Shown here piece by piece: positions 61,057 to 64,000 of a DNA stretch of 64,000 nt. The notes under the pieces were generated by a model. That model ran no database searches. It saw nothing but the letters and a program-made list of their open reading frames with translations, and had not been told where the DNA came from. Numbering within the stretch: the first letter of the stretch is position 1; each line of letters opens with the position of its first letter. Made by a program: the position numbers and the translations under genes. The stretch covers positions 92,952 through 156,951 of the forward strand of contig JAGAKG010000036.1 in assembly GCA_017625755.1 (NCBI GenBank), given 5' to 3'. Origin of the DNA: Clostridia bacterium. GTDB taxonomy: Bacteria > Bacillota > Clostridia > Oscillospirales > CAG-272.

Positions 61057-61613
61057 TAGGATATGCTTTTTGCGGTTCTTACTGTACCCATAAAGCCTCG
61101 ATTGCTCAGCTTGAGGGCTTGGTTGCGTCGGGCTATGATGTTTTACCGATAATGAGTGAAAATGTTTATAATACAGATACCCGATTCGGCAAAGCAGAGG
61201 AGCTTCGAGAGAGAGTATTTGAAATATGCGGACGGGAAGCGATACACACGATAGTGGATTCCGAACCGCTCGGTCCGAAAATCGCGCTTGACGCAATGAT
61301 AATCTGCCCCTGTACGGGAAACACTCTGGCAAAGCTTGCAGCGGGAATTACCGATACAGCGGTTTGTATGGCGGCAAAGGCGCACCTGAGAGGGAACAGA
61401 CCGCTTGTGATAGCGCTCGCTTCAAACGACGCGCTCTCGGCTAATCTGAAGAACATCGCAACGCTTCTCTCAAGAAAATTCGTCTATTTCGTTCCTATGT
61501 TTCAGGACGACCCGATGAAGAAGCCGCATTCACTTATCGCCGACTTTTCTCTGCTTCGCCCGACACTTGACTACGCATTTGAGGGTAAGCAGTATCAAAA
61601 AATATTCGTATGA
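61053..61613 (+). CDS. dpaB: Dipicolinate synthase subunit B
   Basis: IGYAFCGSYCTH..., TDTRFGKAEE, SEPLGPK, CPCTGNTLAKLAAGITDT and NDALSANLKN follow the flavoprotein-like SpoVFB pattern. The gene overlaps dpaA by 4 nt. Confidence 0.85.
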   Translation: MIGYAFCGSYCTHKASIAQLEGLVASGYDVLPIMSENVYNTDTRFGKAEELRERVFEICGREAIHTIVDSEPLGPKIALDAMIICPCTGNTLAKLAAGITDTAVCMAAKAHLRGNRPLVIALASNDALSANLKNIATLLSRKFVYFVPMFQDDPMKKPHSLIADFSLLRPTLDYAFEGKQYQKIFV

Positions 61614-61654
61614 TAAAAAATCCGACTTAACCGCTTGGCTAAGTCGGATTTTTG
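61614..61654. terminator. Bidirectional intrinsic terminator
   Basis: aaaaaatccgacttaacc-gctt-ggctaagtcggattttt. Confidence 0.8.
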
Positions 61655-61672
61655 TAAAAGCAAGACGATATT

Positions 61673-61936
61673 TTATGTAAGCGCCTCAGACAAAATTTTG
61701 GCGGCAAGAGAAAATCCGCGAACAAAGGCGCTTTCCTTTTCAAGCGCGAGAAGCTCGATATGACGCGCCTCAAACTCTGTAAGAAGTGCTTTTTCATCTC
61801 CGTCTAATTTATCCATAAGATTATAAAGGCATTTGTCCATATCCTCAATCAATCTGCATTTTTGGCTTTCCTCGGGTGTGTTTTCCTCTATTTCGATAGA
61901 TGTTTCGTTGTATAGCATTCGCAGGGTTTCTTTCAT
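61673..61936 (-). CDS. Small acidic helical protein, unknown function
   Basis: An 87-aa ORF with a GGAGGA RBS (61946-61941). I recognise no motif. Confidence 0.5.
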   Translation of the reverse strand: MKETLRMLYNETSIEIEENTPEESQKCRLIEDMDKCLYNLMDKLDGDEKALLTEFEARHIELLALEKESAFVRGFSLAAKILSEALT

Positions 61937-61952
61937 TTTTTCCTCCAGAACT

Positions 61953-61983
61953 AAAAAGTGCGCACAACCGAAGTCGTACGCAC
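61953..61983 (-). terminator. Hairpin plus U-tract immediately upstream of the small-ORF RBS (sRNA terminator or leader attenuator)
   Basis: On the minus strand GTGCGTAC-GACTTCGGTT-GTGCGCAC is followed by TTTTT. Confidence 0.5.
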
Positions 61984-62006
61984 CGAAAAACGCAAACTCC
62001 GATTGT

Positions 62007-62160
62007 TGCTACACAAACTGAAACAGAATTACGGCTTCCGCTATAACTATTTCGTGGAATTTGCGTTTTTACCAAATTCTAAAAATAGTATAACGGAAAA
62101 AGGGTATAATTATCCCATAGAAAAAGATACCGCAATTCTTATTATTCAGTTTGTGTAGCA
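62007..62160 (-). ncRNA. Candidate structured RNA or cis-leader: a 154-nt rod-like fold with its own promoter
   Basis: Perfect 16-bp closing helix tgctacacaaactgaa/ttcagtttgtgtagca, then a 9-bp helix (gaattgcgg/ccgtaattc). Next comes a 14-bp helix with one bulge (ccgttatactattt/aaatagttatagcgg) and an apical 7-bp hairpin (gaatttg/caaattc). Confidence 0.3.
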
Positions 62161-62165
62161 TAAAT

Positions 62166-62194
62166 ATTGTATCATAAAAAAATGAGGTTGTAAA
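62166..62194 (-). promoter_or_regulatory. Putative promoter firing into the structured element
   Basis: On the minus strand: TTTACA (62194-62189), a 17-nt spacer, then TGaTACAAT (-10 at 62171-62166). The predicted start is around 62160, the first base of the closing helix. Confidence 0.4.
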
Positions 62195-62204
62195 CAACTT
62201 TTTA

Positions 62205-62240
62205 TAAAAAATAACACAGGGAAAATCCCTGTGTTATTTT
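62205..62240. terminator. typA intrinsic terminator (bidirectional shape)
   Basis: aaaaaataacacaggg-aaaa-tccctgtgttatttt. Confidence 0.8.
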
Positions 62241-62245
62241 GGCTT

Positions 62246-64000
62246 TTATTTACCCGCTTCGCGTCTTGCCTTCATCATAGCCTTCATACGAAGCTCGGTG
62301 TTGAGTATCTTTTTGCGAAGTCTTATCGACTTAGGAGTTACCTCGATAAGCTCGTCGTCGGTTATAAACTCAATTGCTTCCTCAAGCGAGAAGATTATCG
62401 GGGGAGTGAGAAGAAGCTTTTCGTCAGCACCCGCGGAGCGTATAGCGGTAAGCTGCTTTTTCTTGCAGGGGTTTACCGAAATATCTTCGTTCTTGGGGGT
62501 CTCTCCTACTATCATTCCCTCGTAAACGGGAGTCTGAGGGCCAACGAAAAGGTTTCCTCTTTCCTGCGTGTTATAAAGTCCGTATCTCGTCGTTTCTCCG
62601 TCCTCAGAGGCAACGAGTGAGCCTGTGAATCTCATAACTACCTCGCCGCGGTAGGGCTGATAACCGTCAAATATCGTGTTCATAATTCCCTCACCGTGCG
62701 TTGCCGTGAGAAATTCCGAACGGTATCCGAACAGACATCTTGAGGGGATAGAATACTCAATTCTCATTCTCGTTCCGAGAGGATTCATCTCCAGTAGGTC
62801 GCCCTTTCTCTGACCGAGCTTTTCAACCACAGCTCCGACAAACTCGGAGGGAACATCGAGCGTAACACGCTCCATAGGCTCGCACTTAACGCCGTCTATC
62901 TCCTTGAAAAGCACACGGGGATTTGAACACATCATTTCATATCCCTCGCGTCTCATCGTTTCGATGAGGATAGAGAGGTGCATCTCGCCTCTGCCCGCAA
63001 CACGGAATTCCTCGGTTGTCTCGCCGTCCTGAACGCGCAGGGAAACATCCTTGAGAAGCTCCTTGTAAAGTCTGTCACGGAGCTGACGCGAGGTAACAAA
63101 CTTGCCTTCCTTTCCCGCAAACGGGCTGTTGTTTACGGCAAATGTCATCTCCATCGTAGGCTCGCTTACCTTGACAAACTCAAGCGGTTCGGGAGCGTTA
63201 ATACTCGTGATGGTGTCTCCTATCGTTATGTTCTCGGCTCCTGAGAAGCAAACTATGTCGCCGACATTCGCGGTCTCAACGGGAACACGCACAAGTCCGT
63301 CTATCTGATATAGTGAAACTATCTTTGTCCTCTTGGGAGCGGAGTTTGAGTGATAGTTGCAGATGTAGGCTTCCTGATTGGTTCTTATAGAGCCTCTCTC
63401 AATTCGACCTATACCGATCCTACCCACATATTCGTTGTAGTCGATAGAGGAAACGAGAAGCTGAAGCTCTCCGCTCTCGTCGCCCTCGGGCGCGGGAATG
63501 TAGTCGAGTATCTTCTCAAACAGAGGAGTCAGGTCAACTCCCGCCACATCGGGGTCCTCTGTTGCCGTACCCGCTCTGCCCGAGCAGTAGAGCATAGGGC
63601 TATCGAGCTGCTCGTCCGACGCGTTGAGGTCAATGAGAAGCTCAAGAATCTCATCCTCGACCATACCGAGTCTTGCGTCGGGCTTGTCTATCTTGTTTAT
63701 AACTATGATAACTCTGTGGTTAAGCTCAAGAGCGCGCTGAAGCACGAATCTCGTCTGAGGCATCGGTCCCTCTGCCGCGTCGACGAGAAGGATGACTCCG
63801 TTAACCATCTTGAGTATTCTCTCAACCTCTCCGCCAAAGTCCGCGTGGCCTGGGGTATCGATAAGGTTTATTTTTACATCCTTGTAATGAACGGCGGTAT
63901 TCTTCGCGAGGATAGTGATTCCTCTCTCTTTTTCAAGGTCGCCCGAGTCCATAACTCGTGTTACAGTTTCCTGATTGTCGCGGTAAATTCCGCCCTGCTT
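62246..64000 (-). CDS. typA: Translational GTPase TypA/BipA (the N-terminus extends beyond the window)
   Basis: ...[49 protein letters not shown]..., and the C-terminal region is BipA-specific. The frame stays open past 63952 to the window edge ([19 protein letters not shown]). Confidence 0.9.
   Translation of the reverse strand, partial: KQGGIYRDNQETVTRVMDSGDLEKERGITILAKNTAVHYKDVKINLIDTPGHADFGGEVERILKMVNGVILLVDAAEGPMPQTRFVLQRALELNHRVIIVINKIDKPDARLGMVEDEILELLIDLNASDEQLDSPMLYCSGRAGTATEDPDVAGVDLTPLFEKILDYIPAPEGDESGELQLLVSSIDYNEYVGRIGIGRIERGSIRTNQEAYICNYHSNSAPKRTKIVSLYQIDGLVRVPVETANVGDIVCFSGAENITIGDTITSINAPEPLEFVKVSEPTMEMTFAVNNSPFAGKEGKFVTSRQLRDRLYKELLKDVSLRVQDGETTEEFRVAGRGEMHLSILIETMRREGYEMMCSNPRVLFKEIDGVKCEPMERVTLDVPSEFVGAVVEKLGQRKGDLLEMNPLGTRMRIEYSIPSRCLFGYRSEFLTATHGEGIMNTIFDGYQPYRGEVVMRFTGSLVASEDGETTRYGLYNTQERGNLFVGPQTPVYEGMIVGETPKNEDISVNPCKKKQLTAIRSAGADEKLLLTPPIIFSLEEAIEFITDDELIEVTPKSIRLRKKILNTELRMKAMMKARREAGK

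Overview
The window looks like chromosomal DNA from an endospore-forming Firmicute of the Clostridia type. The basis is spo0A, spoIIR and dpaA/dpaB, the strong GGAGG ribosome-binding sites, the TTGACA-17-TATAAT promoters and a codon bias that avoids TTA, CTA and TCA. I cannot name the species. Most of the window is ordinary housekeeping: aspartate kinase, hisS, ddh, pyk, rpsU, rplM-rpsI, typA, several ABC, MATE and SNF transporters, a dehydratase-activase pair and comEC. The outstanding feature is one uninterrupted gene at 43929..57212 encoding about 4,427 aa. It has its own promoter, a leader hairpin, an RBS and a lipoprotein-type signal peptide. The protein is built almost entirely from three nested tiers of Cys/His-rich repeats. 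These are eleven 45-49 aa units, about two dozen units of roughly 38 aa with a His...C-x9-C-x2-C pattern, and eight super-modules of about 260-357 aa with about 16 Cys each. I cannot assign these repeats to a named domain family from memory. My best guess is a very long, lipid-anchored, metal-knuckle or disulfide-stabilised surface fibre, and that function is inference. The gene sits beside a beta-helix lipoprotein and a truncated acetyltransferase remnant. Secondary observations are listed as findings. They include several families of intergenic palindromic elements and a duplicated promoter cassette driving two small membrane-protein genes. There is also a candidate structured leader or sRNA between typA and a small ORF, and an XRE-HTH::ADP-ribosylglycohydrolase fusion with a palindromic operator next to spo0A. 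Finally, a small lipoprotein gene is interrupted by an in-frame TAG. All calls come from reading the sequence and the ORF track by eye. No database search was run.
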